Positions 1 to 7,634 of a DNA stretch of 24,591 nucleotides are shown here, piece by piece. The stretch comes from a virus (taxonomy: Duplodnaviria; Caudoviricetes), in the IMG/VR virus record IMGVR_UViG_3300026511_000026, positions 1 to 24,591 of that record; one strand, written 5' to 3'. Positions within the stretch are counted from its first letter, which is position 1, and every line of letters starts with the position of its first letter. A model generated the notes under the pieces. The model worked only from the letters and a program-made list of their open reading frames with translations, did no database searches and was not told where the DNA came from. The position numbers were made by a program, and so were the translations under genes.

Positions 1-158
1 CCTATAATGACAATATACTAAAATTTTAAATCCTATAAAAATATTTCACCAATAACATGCCCCCGCACCATGAATTATTTTCACTATGCCCCTCCTAAAA
101 GTTATGTGTTTGGCGTGCTTAAGATGTTCTAACAATCTGCTCCCCAGCTAAAAACTGT

Positions 159-177
159 CACAGGGATACCCCCTGTG
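159..177. promoter_or_regulatory. Hairpin upstream of first ORF
   Basis: CACAGGG-ATACC-CCCTGTG, a perfect 7-bp stem about 30 nt before ATG 210; function unknown. Confidence 0.35.
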
Positions 178-209
178 TCAGTACATTACTAAATCTAAAT
201 ATAATAATT

Positions 210-599
210 ATGTCAGTATTTTTCAGAAAATTAAGAGTAAATGATAGTACAGGAACAGCTACTATCATCGTAACAGACAAGCCTATCTCAAGCAAGGTAG
301 GTACTTTAGCAGGGATGAAAGTTGGAACAAGAACTCAAGGTAATGTAACCTTTGGGGTCCTATCTCTCATAGACCCAAAAACTAATCAAGTGATGCGTGG
401 TAGTCACCCAACAATTAAAGCTTTGCAAAGCAAGCTTAATGCAGGGGATGAAATGCCGGGCTTTCAATTGAGTGACAATCCTGTGGTTGATTTAAAAACA
501 GGGGAAGAAACAAATCTACGCTGGGTTGAACAAGCTGACAGTCCTAATGTGGCTGTAGAAAGCTTGGGTGCCTTTGAACAGGAGACTGTAGGAGCGTAA
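210..599 (+). CDS. Hypothetical protein (129 aa, beta-rich, GC-richer than the rest of the window)
   Basis: ATG after A/T-rich leader; long open frame; followed directly by a 17-bp hairpin; no family recognised. Confidence 0.75.
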   Translation: MSVFFRKLRVNDSTGTATIIVTDKPISSKVGTLAGMKVGTRTQGNVTFGVLSLIDPKTNQVMRGSHPTIKALQSKLNAGDEMPGFQLSDNPVVDLKTGEETNLRWVEQADSPNVAVESLGAFEQETVGA

Positions 600-604
600 C
601 TGTA

Positions 605-642
605 GTGTGGGTAAACGTGCTGATTAGTGCGTTTACTCACAT
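605..642 (+). terminator. Long RNA hairpin after first ORF (terminator or processing/stability element)
   Basis: GTGTGGGTAAACGTGCT-GATT-AGTGCGTTTACTCACAT: 17-bp stem with 4 G.U pairs; no U-tract follows. Confidence 0.5.
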
Positions 643-648
643 ACTATC

Positions 649-959
649 TGTTACCAAGTTATATTTTGTACTCATCGGTTACTGTCAGTGCATTATATTG
701 CATGGTGTTACCAACAACAAACTATTATTAACTAAAATTGTTACAAACAGTTATAAATTTGTTTGTTATAGCGCATATCAACCTAATTATGCAATAAAAC
801 ACTGGTAATTCTATTTTATTTGTACGTCTCACTCTTAATGTGAGGCATCATACACCTAAAAAACCTACATATACTATACCTATAAAAGCTTAAACTTCTA
901 ATAAGTATATATATAGCTAACACTATAAGAATCATGATAGCGTTACAATAAGTTACAAT
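649..959 (+). repeat. Cluster of same-strand GTTA(C/T) short repeats, possible iterons
   Basis: TGTTACCAA at 649 and 706; GTTAC at 678 and 740; GTTATA at 658, 750 and 765; GTTACAAT tandem at 942 and 952 (10-bp period). Confidence 0.35.
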
Positions 960-1065
960 TCATCATTACTCTTTAGTGTATATTGTTCTATAAGATAATA
1001 AACATAGCACCCGAAACATATATAAATTTAAGAATTGGTACAGGGAATTCCTGCTAAAACAGCAT

Positions 1066-1203
1066 TATAGCGTCTCTTTTTGTGTGAGGTTAGATAAATA
1101 AGTAAAGTAACTGTGTTACGTGAGCATGGAGTAGGATTGCAATTAAGCAATAAACTGAAATACGCTTTACTTACTAAAAGAGGTTCAAGTCCTCTGCGCT
1201 ATA
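1066..1203 (+). ncRNA. tRNA-like structured RNA (acceptor-like stem + canonical T-arm + extended central helix)
   Basis: TATAGCGT(1066-1073) pairs with GCGCTATA(1196-1203); T-arm AGAGG-TTCAAGT-CCTCT(1179-1195); TAAGTAAAGT(1099-1108) pairs with GCTTTACTTA(1164-1173); no encoded CCA and no normal anticodon arm. Confidence 0.55.
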
Positions 1204-1232
1204 TATTTTTAAATCATAAAACTCTAAAAAAC

Positions 1233-1706
1233 ATGAAAACATTACTTATTATCCTATCCTTAATGCTTTGTTCATCATTAAATGGACAGAAATACATAGA
1301 CAAGCTATCTACAACTGATTATACTGAATGGAATGGTTTAGATGGACCTCAAAGCTATGAGAAAGGTATAACTGCTTTGATTACCTATCAAGGTAATGGT
1401 AACTTTCTATTTGAGATAGAAGTAGAACTGTCAAGCGGCAAGAGTGCTGTTGGACAAACAGCTTTCAAAGTTCAGTCAATTGATAACTATGATGGTATAG
1501 ATGCTATTCATCTTAAACATGAGGACAATGATGATGTCTATATGTTTGTAAGAGTATCAAATCATCCTGATGATCCTATATATTACTTTTATGATCAGCA
1601 AATTAAGACATATAGCCCTTGGAGAATGAAGATTAAGGATAAGTATATCATTAATATGATAGATATCTTAGTTAAACCATTTAATAATCAAATATCAAAG
1701 ACATAA
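1233..1706 (+). CDS. Putative secreted/periplasmic protein with N-terminal signal peptide
   Basis: ATG 1233 gives MKTLLIILSLMLCSSLNGQ, a signal peptide whose likely cleavage leaves Gln at +1, as is common in Bacteroidota; the longer GTG 1113 start would overlap the tRNA-like fold. Confidence 0.7.
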   Translation: MKTLLIILSLMLCSSLNGQKYIDKLSTTDYTEWNGLDGPQSYEKGITALITYQGNGNFLFEIEVELSSGKSAVGQTAFKVQSIDNYDGIDAIHLKHEDNDDVYMFVRVSNHPDDPIYYFYDQQIKTYSPWRMKIKDKYIINMIDILVKPFNNQISKT

Positions 1707-1754
1707 GTGAAGAGTTGCTCTCATCAAGCATCGTCAACCGGATAGACGGTACAT

Positions 1755-1779
1755 AAGAGGTAACCAGTCTCTTTTTTTT
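1755..1779 (+). terminator. Intrinsic terminator, with a possible competing antiterminator helix
   Basis: AAGAG(1755-1759)/CTCTT(1769-1773) stem running into a T8 run; upstream 1714-1724 can alternatively pair with 1753-1764. Confidence 0.45.
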
Positions 1780-1800
1780 AATTACTATTAATAAACTATC

Positions 1801-2088
1801 ATGAAAACAATAGATTACATAGGGTTATTCCTTATAACATTAACAGTTGCAGGCTTATGCTTAATATTTACCATCTCTATTCCTATTGATTCTCGTGCAA
1901 ATTATCCATACACAGAACATACTCAAGTTCCCATTGGCTCAGACACAGTTAACTTAGTTGCTCTTTACCTTAATGATACATGTGAGGTTAACATTATGCA
2001 GCTAAACTCAAGAAATGAGTATATATACGTTGGGTCTTATGAGAATATCGAAATGATAATAGATAAAATCAAGGAATCGAATTACTAA
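1801..2088 (+). CDS. Hypothetical membrane-anchored protein
   Basis: N-terminal hydrophobic helix (IGLFLITLTVAGLCLIFTISI). Confidence 0.65.
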   Translation: MKTIDYIGLFLITLTVAGLCLIFTISIPIDSRANYPYTEHTQVPIGSDTVNLVALYLNDTCEVNIMQLNSRNEYIYVGSYENIEMIIDKIKESNY

Positions 2089-2106
2089 TCATATAATTAA
2101 AAAGTC

Positions 2107-2304
2107 ATGTCAAAAATTTCAGAATTGCAAGTATTAAAGTCAGCAGCAGGCTATTATATAGGTCGTACAGAAGAAGGAATGCCTTATAGTCGTGAATCAA
2201 ATTACTTTAGAGGTAAAGATAATGCTGAATGGATACTATCATATATGTTAAAAAGAGATGAATTAGAACAAGAATTAGATCCATATTGGGAAGATACCAT
2301 ATAA
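2107..2304 (+). CDS. Small phage hypothetical protein
   Basis: LQVLKSAAGYYIG...PYSRES.YF pattern recalled from small phage proteins; A-rich leader. Confidence 0.7.
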   Translation: MSKISELQVLKSAAGYYIGRTEEGMPYSRESNYFRGKDNAEWILSYMLKRDELEQELDPYWEDTI

Positions 2305-2331
2305 ATCGTTAATCAATAAAATAGAAATCAA

Positions 2332-2667
2332 ATGAAAAAGTTACTACAATACATCGTTAAGTTGACATATACCGTTATAATGCCTATAGCATCACTATAC
2401 CTTTTGTATCAAGTGTCATCTGCTGAAGAATCAACTCTTAGTAGTGTTATTATTGTTTATATGCTATTCTTCTTAGTTATAATCAATTCTATAGTGTTCT
2501 TTACATATATGCAGCATACCCACATCTTACCAAGCGTTAAACTTAATGTTTTACCTCAGTTTGCTGTAGGATTTGAATTTAAAAAGGGTCACACATATAA
2601 GAATGAGCTGTCTTTTTTAGTAATATTACCTTTTATCAACCTAATATTTACTAAATCTAAGAGATAA
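2332..2667 (+). CDS. Hypothetical membrane protein
   Basis: Two to three hydrophobic segments. Confidence 0.65.
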   Translation: MKKLLQYIVKLTYTVIMPIASLYLLYQVSSAEESTLSSVIIVYMLFFLVIINSIVFFTYMQHTHILPSVKLNVLPQFAVGFEFKKGHTYKNELSFLVILPFINLIFTKSKR

Positions 2668-2751
2668 AGGCTCATATATGGACCACTAACAACACCAGTA
2701 ATTAGTACATATATTAATACTAGTATTAAGGCTATGTAAAAACAACAGGCT

Positions 2752-3018
2752 ATGTCAAAAGAATACCAACAATATAAGGTAGATAGATATGGCATCGTTA
2801 AGAATAAAGTATGTAAAGACCCAAACTTATCAGTTCAAGCAAAAGGTTTATATGCTATATTATCTTGTTATGCCAATAAAAATAGAATCTGCTGGCCATC
2901 AATTAGTACGTTAGCAGATGACTGTGGCTCAAGTCAATCATCCATAAAAAGATGGATTAAAGAGCTTAAATCTTACAATTATATAAGAAGAAAAGGAAAT
3001 AAGCTAATTATATTATAA
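2752..3018 (+). CDS. Winged helix-turn-helix protein (HTH_36-like)
   Basis: LS..AKGLYAIL..YAN....CWPSISTLA...G.S.SSIKRWIKEL...YI pattern. Confidence 0.8.
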   Translation: MSKEYQQYKVDRYGIVKNKVCKDPNLSVQAKGLYAILSCYANKNRICWPSISTLADDCGSSQSSIKRWIKELKSYNYIRRKGNKLIIL

Positions 3019-3076
3019 TGCGTTAGCTATATATATGCTTTTTATTTTGTTGTTAAGATTAAAACACAGGTTTAAT

Positions 3077-3109
3077 TTTGACTCAGACTAATTTATATTA
3101 TTATCTTTG
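3077..3109 (+). promoter_or_regulatory. Bacteroidota primary-sigma promoter (-33 TTTG / -7 TAnnTTTG)
   Basis: TTTG at 3077-3080, 21-nt spacer, TATCTTTG at 3102-3109, 18 nt before ATG 3128. Confidence 0.7.
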
Positions 3110-3127
3110 ATAAACATTGATAAGATA

Positions 3128-3400
3128 ATGATTATACAATTACCTAATGGCCGGATTATAGAATGTTCTCTTGAACAATACTACTCTCTTACAGACGAAG
3201 AGTACTATGATCTCAACGGTTTAGGTAACGCATATACAAAGGAGGTAACAGATCCTTTTTATAGTAGATTTTCAAAAGCATCAGGCAAAAACAAAAACGA
3301 TAACTCATCAGATGACTTTGATGAACGTGAAAAAGCACTTGATGAGATTAAACCTTTTGAAAAACTAGAAGACAAGTATTTTCATCCTGATGATAATTAA
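3128..3400 (+). CDS. Hypothetical protein (acidic C-terminal half)
   Basis: ATG 3128 (MIIQLPNGRII) preferred over TTG 3107, which lies inside the promoter -7 element. Confidence 0.7.
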   Translation: MIIQLPNGRIIECSLEQYYSLTDEEYYDLNGLGNAYTKEVTDPFYSRFSKASGKNKNDNSSDDFDEREKALDEIKPFEKLEDKYFHPDDN

Positions 3401-3444
3401 TCATCATTCACAATTATTTTATTAATCATTAAATTTTATTAAAA

Positions 3445-4047
3445 ATGCCAAACCAAGTAGAAGTACTAGCGGATGACATGGGTAATGTTGTACGCTTAAG
3501 CAAAAACAATCCAGATTATGGATACATTAAATTAGGTTATAATAGTATTACAATTGGAAAAGGTGGCTGGCTAAAGCCAAGAAACCTTACATCAATAATA
3601 CTGGGTAACACTGAAGATCTTATTATGTATTCTAAAACTATAGGTAAATCTTTACCTGGTAAGATTGTAGTTAAAGAATCTTTAAGTCCTTTTAATAAAA
3701 AAGATCCTAATAGAGATCTTAAGTATGCTGGTGATACAGGTGTAGTATGTTGTGTAGACGGACAACCTATTTATAGGAAAACAGAGTATGTTTCTGATTT
3801 AAGTATAGAAGATACGCTGATAAACCATGACAATGGTGATGATATCCGTGCTGCTAATAATTTAGTTACAGATCAAATTAATAGCGCTACAGCAAAAGAT
3901 TTTGGTTTAAAGCAAGAAATTTCTGATGAAACAATTGTTGATGACATAGATGATCTTGATGAAGAGTCAGTGGAAGAATCAGTAGAAGAAGAAGAAGTCA
4001 TTGAAGAAGTAGAAGACAGCTATGAACAAGAAATCTTTGAACTCTAA
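3445..4047 (+). CDS. Hypothetical protein with long acidic tail (possible ssDNA-binding protein)
   Basis: Beta-rich N-terminus; very D/E-rich tail ending EIFEL; SSB assignment is inference. Confidence 0.6.
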   Translation: MPNQVEVLADDMGNVVRLSKNNPDYGYIKLGYNSITIGKGGWLKPRNLTSIILGNTEDLIMYSKTIGKSLPGKIVVKESLSPFNKKDPNRDLKYAGDTGVVCCVDGQPIYRKTEYVSDLSIEDTLINHDNGDDIRAANNLVTDQINSATAKDFGLKQEISDETIVDDIDDLDEESVEESVEEEEVIEEVEDSYEQEIFEL

Positions 4048-4070
4048 TTAAAACATTAAATTTTTAATAT

Positions 4071-4103
4071 TACAGGGCTGGAGGTAAAACTTCAGCCCTT
4101 GTA
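4071..4103 (+). terminator. Strong hairpin after acidic-tail gene
   Basis: AGGGCTGGAG-GTAAAA-CTTCAGCCCT 10-bp stem, extendable by TAC/GTA; weak U-tract. Confidence 0.55.
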
Positions 4104-4146
4104 GTATGTATTGTATTAAACTTGTTAACAAAAAAATTAAACAAAA

Positions 4147-4677
4147 ATGCTATCTAAAGAACAAATATACAGCCTAAACAACAATAAACAAGAATTAATA
4201 TTAAGTAAACGCATTGAACGTTATCAATATCTTGGTTTACTATCTGAATATCAACTCCATCCTTTTCTAAAGGTTAACTCATTTCAATACACTAAACTTA
4301 ATAAGTATCAACATTTTTTGTTTAAACGTGTATTGCATGGTTTAAAGGTTTATACACCTGAAGAAGTTAATAAGCTACATTGGGATAAGAAAAGAAGAAT
4401 AACAAGAGTTTGGAAGCGTGCTCAAAAAGAATTGAATGCATGGAAGCAAATTATTTGCAATAAGAAAGTAAATAGTTATCTTAGACAAACCTTTTACAAA
4501 AGCAAGTTTGCTCTTGATATGGCTAATGTTCCTGCTGAAGAAACATTTGATGACTATAGAAATACAATGTCATTTAAAGATTTAGGTATCAAATATGAAG
4601 ATATCATTCTTAAATTTATGTCAGTGGGCTTATTACCAAAAAACTTTTTCTTATTAGATGTAAATGAAAATCAATAA
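4147..4677 (+). CDS. Hypothetical basic protein
   Basis: 176-aa ORF, A-rich leader, overlaps next gene. Confidence 0.75.
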   Translation: MLSKEQIYSLNNNKQELILSKRIERYQYLGLLSEYQLHPFLKVNSFQYTKLNKYQHFLFKRVLHGLKVYTPEEVNKLHWDKKRRITRVWKRAQKELNAWKQIICNKKVNSYLRQTFYKSKFALDMANVPAEETFDDYRNTMSFKDLGIKYEDIILKFMSVGLLPKNFFLLDVNENQ

Positions 4678-4939
4678 AATATCCTCTAAAATGTCTAAAA
4701 TAAATGCTGCATATGCTAAGTTGCGTAAGCAGTATTTATTAGACAAATCAGTATGTCATGCTAAAATACATAAATGTTCAATTAAAGCTACTGATGTACA
4801 CCATAAGAAAGGACGTGGAATTTATCATTTAGATGTATCTACATGGATGCCTTTATGTAGAAATTGCCATGCTTGGATAGAAGAAAATCCTTCTGAAGCA
4901 TATGAACTTGGTTTCTCAAGTTATAGATCAATTAAATAA
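4664..4939 (+). CDS. Small HNH-type (beta-beta-alpha-Me) Zn-binding endonuclease
   Basis: C......C.....DVHHKKGRG........WMPLCRNCHAWI pattern. Confidence 0.7.
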   Translation: MKINKISSKMSKINAAYAKLRKQYLLDKSVCHAKIHKCSIKATDVHHKKGRGIYHLDVSTWMPLCRNCHAWIEENPSEAYELGFSSYRSIK

Positions 4940-4946
4940 ATTAAAA

Positions 4947-5078
4947 TTGAGTGGTAATAAATTAATTAAATTCATTATTTGTCTTTTGACATTAATAATA
5001 TCAACAATATCAATAATAATATGGATAAGAGTAATTCAAATACTATATCTCACGATACACTTAGTACAAGAGATGTAG
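4947..5078 (+). CDS. Unlisted 43-aa single-pass membrane peptide overlapping the helicase start
   Basis: TTG 4947 after TTAAAA; MSGNKLIKFIICLLTLIISTISIIIWIRVIQILYLTIHLVQEM; stop TAG at 5076-5078. Confidence 0.4.
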   Translation: MSGNKLIKFIICLLTLIISTISIIIWIRVIQILYLTIHLVQEM

Positions 5079-6160
5079 TTCAGCATGATGCATTATCAGT
5101 ATCAATTCAACATAAAAGGTGTGGTTTAGCAATATCTATGGGTGTAGGTAAGACAAGAATAGCAATACAACATATTCAAAAATGTTATAATCAGTTTATT
5201 CAAGTTTTAGTTGTAGTACCAAAACATTCAGTAGCTCAGTCATGGAAGGATGAGTTAGGTAAGATGGGACTTGAGAAATTAATAGATCATATAACTTTTA
5301 CCACCTATATATCACTAAAGAAAAGAGATCCTAAAGAGTTTGATATAGTATATTTAGATGAATGTCATTCACTTAAATATATTCATGAAACATTTTTAAG
5401 TAAGTTTACTGGTAGAATTTTAGGTTTAACTGGCACACCACCAAAGGATACAGTTTCTGAAAAAGGCATGTTAGTTCAAAAGTACTGCCCTATTAAATAC
5501 AAATTTACCACAGATGAGGCAACTGAATCTAATATATTAAATGACTATAAGATAGTTATCCACACATTAGAACTATCTAATCAGCCTTCTTTAAAGAAAA
5601 AGAAAAAAGATGGTGGATTCTGGTATACATCTGAAAAGAAAGATTATGATTATGTAACTAAAAGACTAGCGCAAGCCAATACAGACAAGCAAATTCAGTT
5701 TGGAAGAATTATGCGTATGAGAGCTTTAATGGACTACACAAGTAAAGAAAGGTATGTTAAAACTATATTAAATAATGTAAGTTCAAAGTGTATAGTATTT
5801 GCTAACACTCAAAAACAAGCGGATAGAATATGTAAACATAGTTACCATTCTAAAAACTCTAAATCAGAAGATAATCTTGAGTTATTTTCTGATGGTAGGA
5901 TTGATAAGTTATCTTGTGTATTACAACTATCAGAAGGAGTATCAATACCTAATTTAAAATCTGGTATTATTATGCATGCATATGGTAATGAGAGAAAAAC
6001 AGCTCAAAGAATAGGAAGATTGTTAAGATTAAATCCAAATGAAACAGCAGTGTGTCACATATTGATGTATAAAGGAACGCAAGATGAAAAATGGGTTTCT
6101 GATGCAGTTAAAGGATTTGATCAAACAAAAGTTAGTTATTATAATCCATTAAAAAAATAA
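5021..6160 (+). CDS. Superfamily 2 DNA/RNA helicase (DExH; SSL2/UvsW-like)
   Basis: Walker A SMGVGKT, DECH, TGT (motif III), QRIGRLLR (motif VI); ATG 5021 preferred to TTG 4979. Confidence 0.9.
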   Translation: MDKSNSNTISHDTLSTRDVVQHDALSVSIQHKRCGLAISMGVGKTRIAIQHIQKCYNQFIQVLVVVPKHSVAQSWKDELGKMGLEKLIDHITFTTYISLKKRDPKEFDIVYLDECHSLKYIHETFLSKFTGRILGLTGTPPKDTVSEKGMLVQKYCPIKYKFTTDEATESNILNDYKIVIHTLELSNQPSLKKKKKDGGFWYTSEKKDYDYVTKRLAQANTDKQIQFGRIMRMRALMDYTSKERYVKTILNNVSSKCIVFANTQKQADRICKHSYHSKNSKSEDNLELFSDGRIDKLSCVLQLSEGVSIPNLKSGIIMHAYGNERKTAQRIGRLLRLNPNETAVCHILMYKGTQDEKWVSDAVKGFDQTKVSYYNPLKK

Positions 6161-6163
6161 GAT

Positions 6164-6487
6164 ATGAGTAAAATGAAAGATTTATTTATTAAAAAGCAAG
6201 AAGAGTATATGTATAATTCTTTGAAACATTATTCTAATCCTTATATTCTTACATTAGAATATAATATTGGTGAAACTAGATTACTTATAGATTATACATA
6301 TGAAGAAGGAGAACCAGATGAAATATTTAATTTAAATGGTGATCCTGGTACTCCAGGTTATGGGCCAACTATAGAAATAATAAATGTTTGGTCACCTCTT
6401 AAAAACAGATTAGGTAATAGTGTTATTGTAGATGTAACTCATATACTTGACTTAGATTTTGAGGAAATAGTATTAGATAATCACTAA
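6164..6487 (+). CDS. Hypothetical protein
   Basis: Tightly packed ORF in operon. Confidence 0.65.
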   Translation: MSKMKDLFIKKQEEYMYNSLKHYSNPYILTLEYNIGETRLLIDYTYEEGEPDEIFNLNGDPGTPGYGPTIEIINVWSPLKNRLGNSVIVDVTHILDLDFEEIVLDNH

Positions 6488-6496
6488 ATAATTAAA

Positions 6497-6814
6497 ATGA
6501 AAACACAAAACCAAAGTATATTAATACATGCTTCAGCTGAAAAAGCAATAGAACATCTAAATGATGTAAATTATTTATCGGATATTAATGTAAAACATAA
6601 AGGTAAAAATAAAAGTAATATTGATAATGCAATAGCTAGATTGTCTGATATAAAAGCTTTATCTCTAATTAATTTAGAAGGATCTATAAAAAACAAAGCT
6701 TCAAATCCTATTATTGAAGATAACTATCTTGAAACTATATCTGACTCTAAGCTTATGTTAATATATAGTATTATAACTGTATTTATTATTTTACTTATAT
6801 TGTTTTTTATATGA
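6497..6814 (+). CDS. Hypothetical protein with C-terminal transmembrane anchor
   Basis: C-terminal LMLIYSIITVFIILLILFFI; ATGA overlap with next gene. Confidence 0.65.
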   Translation: MKTQNQSILIHASAEKAIEHLNDVNYLSDINVKHKGKNKSNIDNAIARLSDIKALSLINLEGSIKNKASNPIIEDNYLETISDSKLMLIYSIITVFIILLILFFI

Positions 6815-7194
6815 AGGATAATTTATTTGTGAAAGCTAGTGTTAAAGATGGCAAACTATACTTTCCTATCAAGGCAATGGGGACAAAGTATAGAAAGTTT
6901 TTTGAACAGCTTCAAGATAATTCTAAATTAGAAATATTTATTGGTGTAAGTGGTATTAAGGGTAGTAATCCTCAATTAGCACGCTTACATGCAATGATTA
7001 GAGAAATAGCACAAGAGATTGGTTATACTTTTGAAGAAGCTAAAATACAAGTTAAGAGATCTTCAGGTTTATGCTTTGTTAAAGATAAGCAAGAATACTG
7101 TAAATCATTTGCTGACTGTGATAAAGATGAGTTAAATCTAGCCATACAATCATGCATAGAAATAGGTGACTTTAATGGTATGCAGTTACGCTAA
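6811..7194 (+). CDS. NinB/Orf-like recombination accessory protein
   Basis: SNPQLARLHAMIREIAQEIG resembles the NinB S..QN..LHA....IA motif; C-terminal KSFADCDKDEL...I. Confidence 0.5.
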   Translation: MKDNLFVKASVKDGKLYFPIKAMGTKYRKFFEQLQDNSKLEIFIGVSGIKGSNPQLARLHAMIREIAQEIGYTFEEAKIQVKRSSGLCFVKDKQEYCKSFADCDKDELNLAIQSCIEIGDFNGMQLR

Positions 7195-7614
7195 AGTTGT
7201 TTTGCTTGCTATTTCCTCTAGTTTTTCTTGAACTTTATCACTTCCTTCCATCATGAGTTTGCTGATTTCTTTTAGATCTTTCATAGTAGCAGTTGTTTTA
7301 GTTGGCTTATTTAATTTTTGCTCATAAGCTTTATGCTTTAAAACCTGCAATATTGAGAATAGTGTATAGATTTGTTTTTCCCAATTATCTAATTCTATAT
7401 CTTTCATTGCATCTGACTCACCACTATTATGGTTATCTTTTATTTTATCAAACTTTTTAAAAGTATCACCAACTGTTTCTATTCTGTTTTCAGAATAGAT
7501 CATGTCTTGAATTATGTTTTGTAAAGACGTAATAAATACTGTAGATAGCTCTATATCTTTTATTATATCTTTATAATCCCATTCATCATAAGTTACAAAT
7601 TCTTCCTTGCCCAT
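7186..7614 (-). CDS. Hypothetical helical protein, the only credible minus-strand gene
   Basis: 142 aa; fills a + strand gap; own -7 promoter element; converges on the NinB-like gene with a 9-nt overlap. Confidence 0.8.
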   Translation of the reverse strand: MGKEEFVTYDEWDYKDIIKDIELSTVFITSLQNIIQDMIYSENRIETVGDTFKKFDKIKDNHNSGESDAMKDIELDNWEKQIYTLFSILQVLKHKAYEQKLNKPTKTTATMKDLKEISKLMMEGSDKVQEKLEEIASKTTLA

Positions 7615-7634
7615 AATAATTAATTTTAATTAAA

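Noticed and set aside
754-761. TAAATTTG as a Bacteroidota -7 element
   Set aside because: No correctly spaced -33 element and no nearby gene start; could be chance in AT-rich DNA
605-808. 67-aa + strand ORF
   Set aside because: GTG start lies inside the 17-bp hairpin, there is no A-rich leader, and it overlaps the repeat cluster; probably non-coding
1066-1203. Canonical tRNA or tmRNA call
   Set aside because: No 7-nt anticodon loop on a 5-bp stem, no CCA, no G3.U70, and too short for tmRNA
600-1230. CRISPR array or DGR template repeat
   Set aside because: Repeats are 5-9 nt and irregularly spaced; no cas or reverse transcriptase gene; no long adenine-variant repeat pair noticed
1113-1232. 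N-terminal extension of ORF 1113..1706
   Set aside because: Overlaps the tRNA-like fold; ATG 1233 gives a clean signal peptide
1714-1764. SAM-I riboswitch
   Set aside because: Only fragmentary resemblance; P2 kink-turn, pseudoknot and P4 are absent; no methionine-related gene downstream
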